Assembly: GCA_038727135.1 (NCBI GenBank)
Contig: JAVYWL010000003.1
Span: forward strand, 32,001 to 96,000
DNA: 64,000 nucleotides
Origin: Candidatus Bathyarchaeia archaeon
GTDB lineage: Archaea; Thermoproteota; Bathyarchaeia; Bathyarchaeales; Bathycorpusculaceae
Direction of reading: 5' to 3'
Both the position numbers and the translations under genes were made by a program. Positions 20,488-29,473 of this stretch are shown here, one piece after another; the stretch's first letter is position 1, and each line of letters starts with the position of its first letter. Under the pieces are notes generated by a model that worked only from the letters and a program-made list of their open reading frames with translations, was not told the origin of the DNA and did no database searches.

Positions 20488-21068
20488 GCCTTTTCGCCCC
20501 GCAGTTTCTTTTCTATATCTTCAAGCCTCTGGGCGGTTTCATTCAAAACCTTCAAGGTTTCTTTTATGGCTTGCTCCGAAAATCGTTCTTCTAGACTCAT
20601 GCCGAGGCTAAAGAAAGCCTTAAACAAACGTCTGAAAGCCTCCCGAACCTCTTCAGCCTCCTCCGGCGGTATGCGAAGCCAAAGAGAGCCCAACAATGGT
20701 GGAACAAAGAACTTTCTGCCCATACGGAAATGGGCTCGCACTTTCCGCTGTTCATCCAGAAGCTTCTTGCCCTTATCGGTGAGTATGTAACGCTTTACTC
20801 CAGCTTCTTCTGTTGGCACTTCGCGGATGTAGCCATTATCCTGAAGCCAAGCCAAAAGCGGGTAAATAGAGCCTGGGCTTGGCTTCCAACAGCCATTGGT
20901 TCGCTTCTCAATCTCGTTCATAATTTCGGAGCCAGACATTGGCTTCTCGTTCAAAAGCTCCAGGACTTGATAGCGCAGAAAACCCTTTGGCACAGCAGCC
21001 ATATGCCTCAACCAATGCCTGAAAGGTGGAAGAGGCGGAGGCGGCGGAAAGCGATCATCATCAAACAT
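20484..21068 (-). CDS. PadR-family transcriptional regulator
   Basis: KPSPGSIYPLL, YILTDKG; leads the ABC operon. Confidence 0.9.
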   Translation of the reverse strand: MFDDDRFPPPPPLPPFRHWLRHMAAVPKGFLRYQVLELLNEKPMSGSEIMNEIEKRTNGCWKPSPGSIYPLLAWLQDNGYIREVPTEEAGVKRYILTDKGKKLLDEQRKVRAHFRMGRKFFVPPLLGSLWLRIPPEEAEEVREAFRRLFKAFFSLGMSLEERFSEQAIKETLKVLNETAQRLEDIEKKLRGEKA

Positions 21069-21151
21069 TATATCACCATCGATATCAAATTCGATAAAAA
21101 CATAACATTCAAATATTTAAGGATTATGCTACTTGAAGCTTTCGTAAAATG

Positions 21152-21170
21152 TAAGTATACGGTATACTTA
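21152..21170. promoter_or_regulatory. Palindromic operator upstream of the TA pair
   Basis: TAAGTATAC-G-GTATACTTA perfect 9-bp inverted repeat at the TATA region about 35 bp before the antitoxin start. Confidence 0.6.
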
Positions 21171-21203
21171 TATACTTGTATTCCAAAACATTCCTTGGGT
21201 GTT

Positions 21204-21437
21204 ATGCCGAAAACAAAGGTGACGAGCAAGTTTCAAGTAACCATTCCCAAAGAAGTTCGTGAGAAAGTTAAGATTAAACCAGGAGAAATCGTCAGTATAG
21301 AAAGCCTAAGCGAGGAGGAAATCATAATAAGGAGATTTCGTAGGCTTAAAGAACCATTAAAAGTTTTGATAGGCAAGAAAGTTTCAGACCGCCACATCCC
21401 AATAGAGGAGCTTGAAGAGAAGGCCGAGGCGAGGTAA
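21204..21437 (+). CDS. vapB: AbrB/MazE-family antitoxin
   Basis: KVTSKFQVTIPKEVR...IKPGE; ATG 21204 within ORF 20730..21437. Confidence 0.88.
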   Translation: MPKTKVTSKFQVTIPKEVREKVKIKPGEIVSIESLSEEEIIIRRFRRLKEPLKVLIGKKVSDRHIPIEELEEKAEAR

Positions 21438-21441
21438 GGCT

Positions 21442-21852
21442 TTGGCAATTTACTTCATCGATAGCAACATCTTTTTCTATGCAAAAATTTTAGACAGGGA
21501 ATACGGAGACGCCTGCGCTAAAATTTTGAGGAAAATGGAGAGGGGCGAAATTAAGGCGGTTACTTCAACTTTAGTTATAGTTGAGTTGGCAAACGCCCTA
21601 AGAAAATACGGATTGAGTAGAGAGGTGAGGGCTGTTGTTGACGCGGTTTTCTCTTTAGACATTCAAGTTTTTGAGGTTGACCTATTAGATGTCAGAATTG
21701 CCGCACAGATTTTTGACGAGTTTAAAATAAGCCCATACGACTGCGTTCATGTAGCGGTTATGAAAAAGGCGGGTATCGAAGAAATCATTTCTGCAGATAA
21801 AGATTTTGACAAAATTAATTGGATAAGACGGCTAGACCCGAAAACTCTTTAA
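21442..21852 (+). CDS. vapC: PIN-domain toxin
   Basis: FIDSNIF, E, YDCVHVA, SADKDFD acidic tetrad. Confidence 0.9.
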   Translation: MAIYFIDSNIFFYAKILDREYGDACAKILRKMERGEIKAVTSTLVIVELANALRKYGLSREVRAVVDAVFSLDIQVFEVDLLDVRIAAQIFDEFKISPYDCVHVAVMKKAGIEEIISADKDFDKINWIRRLDPKTL

Positions 21853-21853
21853 A

Positions 21854-22528
21854 TCACTCTATTAATGTTCCAACTTGTTTTCCTCCAACCGCCAACGTGA
21901 GGTTTTCTGGCTTAAATCCATTTAAGACGTGGACCTTTATTCGCTTAACCTTTAGAATTCTTATGGCTTCCGGGTCTAGGATTTGGTGGATTCCAGCCTT
22001 ATGCCTATCTTCGGCTAAAACTTTTGGCAGTTCTTCAAAACTTATCCTATCAAGTTTTACAGCGTCCGGATGTCTTCTCGGGTCTTTTGTGTACACGCCT
22101 TCTTGGTCTGTGGCTTTTATGAGCATGTCCGCCTTTATGCTTTCAGCCACTAGGGCGGCGACAGTGTCGGTTGTCATGCCTGGTTTTAAGCCGCCTAAAA
22201 CTGCAATCTTCCCCTTTTCTAGGCATTGAACAGCCTCTTCAACGCTTGTTGGGATTTTTTCGCATGCCAGCCCGCCCAGCATTTTGGCGAAAAGTTGGGC
22301 GTAAATTCTTGAAACGCTAATCGCCAAATCATCCTGGTCTTTTTCCGCCAAGCCAAGTTCTTTGGCTATTTTTATGAATTCTCTTGCTAGGGCTCCTCCG
22401 CCCACAACAACTGCTAGCGTGTGCCCTTCACCCTTCAGCTTCTTCAAAATTTTGGCGTATTCGCTGATAAGTTGGATGTTCACTGGCGTGGCGACAACAG
22501 AACCGCCAAGGCGGATTACTATTCGCAT
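21854..22528 (-). CDS. pyrH: UMP kinase
   Basis: LGGSV, VGGG, PGMTTD, GVYTKDP. Confidence 0.92.
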   Translation of the reverse strand: MRIVIRLGGSVVATPVNIQLISEYAKILKKLKGEGHTLAVVVGGGALAREFIKIAKELGLAEKDQDDLAISVSRIYAQLFAKMLGGLACEKIPTSVEEAVQCLEKGKIAVLGGLKPGMTTDTVAALVAESIKADMLIKATDQEGVYTKDPRRHPDAVKLDRISFEELPKVLAEDRHKAGIHQILDPEAIRILKVKRIKVHVLNGFKPENLTLAVGGKQVGTLIE

Positions 22529-22571
22529 CGTGTTCAGCTTTCCTTTAAATTAGGGAGAAAGCACTTAAACC

Positions 22572-23402
22572 TTAAAAGAATTTGTCCAATCCCTGTTTGG
22601 GTTTGGCTGCTCGCACTTCTATTTTTTCGCCGAAGATTAGGCGCATGCCGTCTGTAGCTGCCACTGTCGGTGTTCCAGTTTTCCCCTCAATTATTTTTGC
22701 CTCTCGGGCTGGTCCTTGGAATATCATTTGCATTCCAAGATGCGTCAAAACGGCTTGTTCTGGGCGGGCTTCTTCGACGATTTTTATGGCGTCTTCTGTT
22801 GTCATGTGGCCTTTCCACGGCTTGCCTGCTGGGCGCATAACACATAGCATCAAGAGCCTAACGCCTCTGTAGTATTTGCCTATGCCTTCAAAGTATTCTG
22901 TGTCGCTTGTGTAGGCAAAATCTCCAAACTCTTTTGTCTCGAAGCGGAAGCCAACAGCATCTGGGTCTGTGTGCCGTGCCTCTGCAGCTGAAACTGTCAC
23001 GTCCGCCACTTGGAAACGTGTGTTCGGAACGGCTTCGATTACTTGCTCCAGCATTTGTTGGTGATATTTTGAAATTGATGGTTCGCAGACGTCGCTCCCT
23101 TTCAGGACGCTTTTTGATGCTGCGAGGACTCCACGCTTTTTCGTCATGCCTCTGGTCATAGCCTCAATCATCACTTCGGCATCAGTGTAGTGGTCGGGGT
23201 GGCAGTGGGAAACGAAGATGGCGTTCAGTTTCTGCGGGTCTAAACCTTCACTTATAGAGTAAACAAGCGCTCCTGGACCGGGGTCTAAATGCAGGTTTAG
23301 GTTTTCACCTATTATGCGGATTCCGGCTGTCCGCCTTTTTTGGGTTATTGTTGTGAATCTTCCGCCGCCGGTTCCGAGGAATATTATTTCGTATTGAGCC
23401 AT
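22572..23402 (-). CDS. MBL-fold metallo-hydrolase
   Basis: FLGTGGG, DPGPG, SHCHPDH; start at ATG 23402. Confidence 0.88.
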   Translation of the reverse strand: MAQYEIIFLGTGGGRFTTITQKRRTAGIRIIGENLNLHLDPGPGALVYSISEGLDPQKLNAIFVSHCHPDHYTDAEVMIEAMTRGMTKKRGVLAASKSVLKGSDVCEPSISKYHQQMLEQVIEAVPNTRFQVADVTVSAAEARHTDPDAVGFRFETKEFGDFAYTSDTEYFEGIGKYYRGVRLLMLCVMRPAGKPWKGHMTTEDAIKIVEEARPEQAVLTHLGMQMIFQGPAREAKIIEGKTGTPTVAATDGMRLIFGEKIEVRAAKPKQGLDKFF

Positions 23403-23494
23403 GTATATGCCTATGTTTTTCTCGAAATTTTTGCTTTGTCCCCTTGTCTTGTTGTGTATGGCGTTTTTGGGAGAGAAAATGCTTTTAATGTGAG

Positions 23495-24511
23495 TTGAAA
23501 TATGCGAGAAGAGGCTTGACCGCTTTGCTCGAGGGGTTGGGGCTGGTTGGCAATGCGCTTGTTCTTTTAGCTTCTCTAGTAGTCCTCGACAAGGCAAGTG
23601 ATTGGGCAATAACAAACAGTGTTAAAATCGCAGATATAACTGGTTTTGGGAAGACAACGATAGGCTTTATACTTGTGGCTTTCTCCACATCCCTCCCAGA
23701 GTTTTGTGTCTCCATATTTGCGGCGATAGGCGGCGAAAGCATAGGCGTGGCAATAGGCAATGTTTTAGGCTCAAACATTGTGAATATATGCCTAATCCTT
23801 GGCGTTTGCTTCCTCATAGTGTCTTTGAAAAGTTCAGAAGCCGTGAAAATGGCGCCAGCCATGGCTAAGGAGGAGGTTGGAACCCTATATTTTGGACTTT
23901 TTGTGGCTTCCGTTGTCCCATTAACGCTCCTTTACATTGGATTTGCAAGCAGAGTTATAGGCGTAATTCTCCTCGCAATTTTCATATTCTATGTTTATCA
24001 GCTTTCAAAGGTCAGACAGATAAGGGATGAAGGCTCCTTAGGTGAGGAGCGTCGAAAACTTCCGGCGTACACGTTTTTTGCGCTCTTGGGCATCGCACTG
24101 GTTGTTGCAAGTTCATACTTTATAGTGGTCTCTGCAACCTTCATCGCTAATAGTCTTGGAATTCCTGAGGTCGTTATAGGCGCCACAATAGTGGCTTTTG
24201 GAACAAGCCTTCCAGAGTTGGCGACAAGCGTCGACGCCGTTAAGAAGGGGCATATGGACCTAGCTTTAGGCAACATTGTTGGAAGCTGCTTCATAAATAT
24301 AACATGCATTTTAGGCGTGGCTTTAATTGGCGCAAGTTTAGTGGTTGATATGGCGGCTTTCTCCCAACTTGTCATGTTCTCGCTTATAACAAACCTCTTG
24401 TTGTGGTATTTTCTTTCCAGCGAACGTATAAGCTGGAGGGAAGGCATGATACTTCTCATAATGTACGTCATATTCTTAGTTACAAGCTACGGCGGAGGCT
24501 ACAGAACATAA
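23495..24511 (+). CDS. Na+/Ca2+ exchanger family (YrbG-like)
   Basis: Duplicated alpha repeats STSLPE/GTSLPE and GNVLGSN/GNIVGS. Confidence 0.9.
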   Translation: MKYARRGLTALLEGLGLVGNALVLLASLVVLDKASDWAITNSVKIADITGFGKTTIGFILVAFSTSLPEFCVSIFAAIGGESIGVAIGNVLGSNIVNICLILGVCFLIVSLKSSEAVKMAPAMAKEEVGTLYFGLFVASVVPLTLLYIGFASRVIGVILLAIFIFYVYQLSKVRQIRDEGSLGEERRKLPAYTFFALLGIALVVASSYFIVVSATFIANSLGIPEVVIGATIVAFGTSLPELATSVDAVKKGHMDLALGNIVGSCFINITCILGVALIGASLVVDMAAFSQLVMFSLITNLLLWYFLSSERISWREGMILLIMYVIFLVTSYGGGYRT

Positions 24512-24524
24512 TAGAGGTGAAAAT

Positions 24525-25046
24525 ATTCTAGTCTTTGAGAAAATTGGCGTTAAAAACTTTTCAAAAGTTCCGGAGCCTTGCAGATTTTGTCTTTACTGGC
24601 AGACGAGCGGCGAATTAGGGTCCGAAAAGCCTAAAAACGAGTTGGAAAAGGCTAAGCTGAAGTGGCTTGAAGATTTAAAGAAAGCCTTTGGTAACAGTGC
24701 TAAGATTGCATGTGTTGACGGCACTCCAATAGGCTTCATGCAGTATGCACCAGCAAAATATTTTCAAAGAATAAGCGACTACACATCTGGTCCTCCAAGC
24801 GGAGACGCCATATTTATCGCATGCCTCTACATACCGAGTAAAGACCACCGAAGAAAAGGCTACGGAACAATTATGCTTGAAAACCTCTTAAAGGAAACTA
24901 GGGAAAGGGGTTTCACGGCTGTGGAGACCTTTGCGCGTGTGGATTCCGACAACAACCCATCTGGTTCCTTGGCTTTTTACCTAAAACACGGCTTTAAAGT
25001 GGTTCGCCAGAAGGATGATTTTCCCCTTGTACGCCTAAAACTTTGA
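24525..25046 (+). CDS. GNAT acetyltransferase with N-terminal CxxC
   Basis: The frame of ORF 24642 stays open upstream through PEPCRFCLYWQ; acetyl-CoA motif HRRKGYG; start probably non-canonical (ATT 24525). Confidence 0.75.
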   Translation: MLVFEKIGVKNFSKVPEPCRFCLYWQTSGELGSEKPKNELEKAKLKWLEDLKKAFGNSAKIACVDGTPIGFMQYAPAKYFQRISDYTSGPPSGDAIFIACLYIPSKDHRRKGYGTIMLENLLKETRERGFTAVETFARVDSDNNPSGSLAFYLKHGFKVVRQKDDFPLVRLKL

Positions 25047-25112
25047 AAAGGGTCAAACGAAAACATAAAGTGCTTAAATAATTGGTTCCAGACCAGTAAA
25101 GTCGAGGATCGT

Positions 25113-26108
25113 ATGGGAAAAGCCAAGGTTAAGGCTCTGGCACTTTTTTCTGGCGGTTTAGACAGCAGCCTAGCCATAAAACTGATTCAAGAGCAGGGCA
25201 TAACCGTCGAAGCCATAACTTTTCTGACACCCTTCTACTCGGCTAGGGCTGGCGGTTTCAGCCTTGAAAGGGCTGCCCAACAGTTGGGCGTGCCGTTGAA
25301 AATTGTGCGTTTAGGCTTGGAATATTTGCGGGTTGTCCGCAAGCCCAAGCATGGTTATGGGCGGCACATGAACCCATGCATAGACTGCCACATATACATG
25401 CTGAAAAAGGCTAAAAGGTACGCCAAACAGATAGGAGCAGACTTCATAGTTACTGGCGAGGTTTTGGATGAGCGCCCCATGTCCCAACACATGAAAGCCC
25501 TAAAAATTGTGGAGGAAGAATCCAGCCTAAAAGGTAGGCTTCTAAGACCACTATCAGCCAAGCTTTTGCCGCCAACAATGGTTGAAAAGATGGGGCTTGT
25601 GGACAGAAGCAAACTGCTAGACATTCGTGGGAGGTCTCGAAAGAGGCAACTAGCCCTAGCAAAGGCTTACGGCATAACAGAGTACCAGTCCCCCGGCGGC
25701 GGATGCCTCCTAACCTACAAAGAGTTTTCGGCTAAGCTCCGCGACTTGCTCCAGCACAAAAAGAGAATTTCAATGGCGGATTTGGAGCTGCTGAAGGTTG
25801 GACGCCACTTCCGACTTGGCAAAAACAAGATAATCGTGGGAAGAAACAAGGAAGAAAACGAGAAGCTCTTGAAGCTTAAAGGCAGAAACGACTATTTTTT
25901 TGAGGCTGTTGGCACTGGAAGTCCCATCACGCTTCTGCAAGGACCAAAAACAAGGCAAGCCGTAGAAAAAGCCGCCCAACTAACAGCCTACTACTCAGAT
26001 CAAAAAACAGACAAAGTCCGCGTGAGGTACGGCAGAACAAAACCAGAAAAAGGCATAATGGTGGAAAGACCAAACAAGGAAGAAGTGGAACAACTGCGAA
26101 TAAAATAA
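25113..26108 (+). CDS. PP-loop tRNA sulfurtransferase (ThiI/MnmA-like) with C-terminal DUF814-like region
   Basis: SGGLDS, NPCIDC, RPMSQ, RPLS, GGCLLT. Confidence 0.82.
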   Translation: MGKAKVKALALFSGGLDSSLAIKLIQEQGITVEAITFLTPFYSARAGGFSLERAAQQLGVPLKIVRLGLEYLRVVRKPKHGYGRHMNPCIDCHIYMLKKAKRYAKQIGADFIVTGEVLDERPMSQHMKALKIVEEESSLKGRLLRPLSAKLLPPTMVEKMGLVDRSKLLDIRGRSRKRQLALAKAYGITEYQSPGGGCLLTYKEFSAKLRDLLQHKKRISMADLELLKVGRHFRLGKNKIIVGRNKEENEKLLKLKGRNDYFFEAVGTGSPITLLQGPKTRQAVEKAAQLTAYYSDQKTDKVRVRYGRTKPEKGIMVERPNKEEVEQLRIK

Positions 26109-26117
26109 ACCTTCTAT

Positions 26118-26595
26118 TTATTGCGACTCTGTTCCTTCTACAATAGCGTTACATATTGTGTTGAAATCTTCTTCGGTTATGTTTATTATGGAAACTTGGA
26201 GATATTGATTCCATGTTCTTCCCTTGTCTGCTATAAAAACAATGTTGTCTATTAAGTTGGGTTTAATCCACTTAGCTTTGTTGCCCTCCTTTTCTGTGGA
26301 GAACGATATTCTCGGGGGGTTTACTTTCATGTAAAATCTTGAACCTAATTCGATAGGGAAACAAGTACTTGCTCCGCCCTTTTGTCCATCCAAGCTCTTC
26401 TTCACTGTAAAAATATTCGCCCACAAACTCTATTACTGCCACAAATTTTCCGCCATGCGTATAAACAACAGCTTTGTCCCCGCTTTTAAGAAATTTGTTC
26501 AAGGTAACAAAATATCGCGCATCCATTCCCCAAACGCCGTATTTTTTACATATTTCCCAATTTTTAGCTGATGTAGATACGCACCAATACCTCAT
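26118..26595 (-). pseudogene. EVE-domain protein split by a 1-nt insertion in a C6 run
   Basis: ORFs 26272..26595 and 26118..26426 join into one EVE-like protein if one C of the run at 26314-26319 is removed. Confidence 0.7.
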
Positions 26596-26743
26596 GGTGT
26601 ATTACCTTTTTTTACCTAAAGACTATGCAATACGCAAACTAAAAATTTTGAGTAGAATCTCGGATTATCTATCTCAAACATTGAAAAATTCTAGAGGGGA
26701 CTATCAATTTTGCAGTTCGTCGCCAGCAGCAAAATTGACATTT

Positions 26744-27664
26744 TTATAGGCGTTTCTCGAAGACTATGGCTTTTGTTTCCGGCATTTTGAAGCCAAGCTT
26801 CTCTAAGGCGTATGTTATGGGCTTATGGTTGCACGTGAAACCGTAAACTTTCTTTATGCCTTTTGCTTGGCAGTATCCTAAAAGAAACTTTGCCATATCC
26901 AAAGCTGCCTCAAAGTCTCCGTCAATGTAGCATGTTTGGATGGAGTGTTCACGCCATTCTCTGGAAACGGCATCATCCACTAAAATCAAACCCTCAACAG
27001 CTCCATATTCGCAGCTATAAGTTATGGCTTTTCCCTGCTCAATGAAGCGTTCCAAGCCACGCCTATCCAAAGAATACCATTGATAAAGAACAGTGTATAA
27101 GCCCGCAGCCAGCCTATAAACTTCTGAAGACTGCAAATAAAGCCAAACATCATCGAGTTGGCTTAGGCTCGCCCAGCAAGAAGAGGCAGAGCCACCCCCA
27201 CCAGAAACTTTTTCAAGAGTCATTTCAACAAATTCTGCAACAGGCTTGAAGCCCATCTTCTGAACGGCAGTCAAAGCTGCCACATTATCAGACTCGGTAA
27301 CAAGCCTAGCCACCCCAACGCCCATGCGCTTGGCATATTCGAGACACTTCTCAGTTATGGCTGTTGCAACACCCATACGCCTATACTTTGGCGCTGTTCT
27401 GGCACCGCTAAGCCAAGCCTCACCCGGCTTGTCAATGGTTATGTGTTGTATGCCAATGGGTGCATCGTTCAAAGTGGCTACGAAAACCTTGCCGTTGGGC
27501 TCTCTAAGCCACTTGTCCCAGACGTACGGGATATAGTCACCCCAGCTCCAAGTGTGGCGGCAAAACTCGAAAACTGCCTCTCGATCAGCCTCGCAAGCTT
27601 CACGGACATGGATGGGCAGCTTTGCTTTGGCGCTGTTCATTGCAGTTCCGCAGCCAACATGCAT
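26744..27664 (-). CDS. GNAT-family acetyltransferase
   Basis: WGDYIPYVW, RTAPKYRRMGVA, GF motifs. Confidence 0.85.
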   Translation of the reverse strand: MHVGCGTAMNSAKAKLPIHVREACEADREAVFEFCRHTWSWGDYIPYVWDKWLREPNGKVFVATLNDAPIGIQHITIDKPGEAWLSGARTAPKYRRMGVATAITEKCLEYAKRMGVGVARLVTESDNVAALTAVQKMGFKPVAEFVEMTLEKVSGGGGSASSCWASLSQLDDVWLYLQSSEVYRLAAGLYTVLYQWYSLDRRGLERFIEQGKAITYSCEYGAVEGLILVDDAVSREWREHSIQTCYIDGDFEAALDMAKFLLGYCQAKGIKKVYGFTCNHKPITYALEKLGFKMPETKAIVFEKRL

Positions 27665-27699
27665 AGCTTATTAACAAAACAAGAGCTATTTAACATTGA

Positions 27700-28599
27700 A
27701 TGTCGGCTGAAACCGCAGTTAAAGTCTTCAAAAGCTTGGAAAGCCAAGACCTCCGCATACTCCAAGTCATAGAAGCCGCCATGACAAAACATGAATTTGT
27801 CCCAAAAGAAATAATCATAAAATACTCAAAATTCAACGAGGAAGAAGCCACCTTTAGGCTGGATAGACTGCACAAGTTTCGCCTAATCCGCCAAACAAAA
27901 CAACCCTACCAAGGCTATACGCTAAACTATGCGGGCTACGACTGCCTAGCCATAAACGCCTTCGTAAAAGCCGGAATCCTAGAAGCCTTCGGCAAACCAT
28001 TAGGCGTTGGAAAAGAGGCAGACGTCTACGACGCTTTAACACCAGAAGGCGAACGCATAGCCATAAAATTCCACCGCCTAGGAAGAATAAGCTTCCGACA
28101 AACCCGAATAAAACGAGGATGGACAACGGAAGACGTCAACTGGCTGTTGCGCTCAAGAAAAGCCGCAGAAAAAGAATACCAAGCCCTAAAGCTTGTTTAC
28201 CCAAAAGGCGTAGCTGTGCCAAAACCCATAAGCCAAAACCGCCACGCCATAGCCATGGGCGCCATACAAGGAGCAGAACTAGCAGAATACCACGAAATCC
28301 CAAAACCAGAAAAAGTGCTAAAAGAAATCCTCGACAACATTAGAAAAGCCTACCTAAAAGCCGGAGTAATCCACGCAGACCTAAGCGAATATAACATAAT
28401 CCTAAAACCAGACAACCACATCCTAATAATAGACTGGCCCCAATACGTAACAAAGGAGCACCCAAACGCCCAGCAACTACTAAGGCGAGACATTGAAAAC
28501 ATAACAAACTTCTTCAAGCGAAAACACTTACTGCTCGAAGTAGACGCGGACAAAGCATTAGCCTACGTAACCGGCGAAACACGGAAACCTACTTTTTAA
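27700..28599 (+). CDS. rio2: RIO2 serine kinase
   Basis: N-terminal wHTH, GVGKEADVY, HADLSEYN, IDWPQ. Confidence 0.93.
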   Translation: MSAETAVKVFKSLESQDLRILQVIEAAMTKHEFVPKEIIIKYSKFNEEEATFRLDRLHKFRLIRQTKQPYQGYTLNYAGYDCLAINAFVKAGILEAFGKPLGVGKEADVYDALTPEGERIAIKFHRLGRISFRQTRIKRGWTTEDVNWLLRSRKAAEKEYQALKLVYPKGVAVPKPISQNRHAIAMGAIQGAELAEYHEIPKPEKVLKEILDNIRKAYLKAGVIHADLSEYNIILKPDNHILIIDWPQYVTKEHPNAQQLLRRDIENITNFFKRKHLLLEVDADKALAYVTGETRKPTF

Positions 28600-28828
28600 G
28601 CGCATCCAAAACAATGTAGAGAATGTTATTACCCCTAAGCAAAACACTCCCATAATTGGCTATTGGCTGCTCGTCCCTACACTCGGTGGCCCCTTCCAAG
28701 AGAATATTCATGTGCCCATCACATTTAATCATCTTACCCTTATACTCACAGCCATTCTTCAAAACAACAGCAATATTGGCATTCAACTGCTTAACCAAGA
28801 CATTCAAAGGCTTCTTGCTAGGCTCCAT
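28589..28828 (-). CDS. Sm-like (Lsm) RNA-binding protein
   Basis: G...DGHMNILL, LLRGNNI. Confidence 0.9.
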   Translation of the reverse strand: MEPSKKPLNVLVKQLNANIAVVLKNGCEYKGKMIKCDGHMNILLEGATECRDEQPIANYGSVLLRGNNILYIVLDALKK

Positions 28829-28926
28829 AACAGCACCCTACATCAAACTATAATCCACATTAACGCAACATATAAAAGTTTATCCTCAAAAGATCCGCTT
28901 TTAAAGTGTTTCGTTCCCCATTATCC

Positions 28927-29346
28927 CTAAGTAAGGTTTTCCCATTCATGAATAATAAGGTAAGCTCCTACAATGTGAGTAATCACCAGCAATACCGTTA
29001 AGGTAACAAGATTTTGAAAGCGTGTCAAAGAGTAAACTAAAAATATTGTGTTAAGGACCGACAGCATCAAACCCAGCCCTGCTGCAAATTTAATTCCAAA
29101 AATAAGGAGCAAAGCTGTTGCAAACTCAAGTGTTGTAACAAATAAAAGATGAGGAGAAAAAATAACAGCCAAAAGGATAGCGTTTAAGAAATAGATTCCA
29201 GCGGAAACTAGCAGTAAAGGAGTCATGTGAAGATGAAAAAGCCTTCTACCACAATGAGGACAATAATTATATTTTTTAGGAACAACTTCCCCGCAGTTGT
29301 GACAAACAGTATACTCCTCATCTTCCTTTTCGCTCATCTCAAACAT
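28927..29346 (-). CDS. Zinc-ribbon membrane protein
   Basis: CHNCG...CPHCG followed by four TM helices. Confidence 0.7.
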   Translation of the reverse strand: MFEMSEKEDEEYTVCHNCGEVVPKKYNYCPHCGRRLFHLHMTPLLLVSAGIYFLNAILLAVIFSPHLLFVTTLEFATALLLIFGIKFAAGLGLMLSVLNTIFLVYSLTRFQNLVTLTVLLVITHIVGAYLIIHEWENLT

Positions 29347-29473
29347 TAAACCTCTAACTAAGTGTTAAACGGTTCTTTAAACTTATAAACTCAAATATTT
29401 TATACCATAAAAACAAGAGACCTTTTCCAAAAATTAAAATCCTTAAACACTTAGCCTTATAGCGGAGAAAACC

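Noticed and set aside
20730-21203. N-terminal extension of the AbrB ORF
   Set aside because: It is antisense to padR and spans the promoter; the real start is 21204
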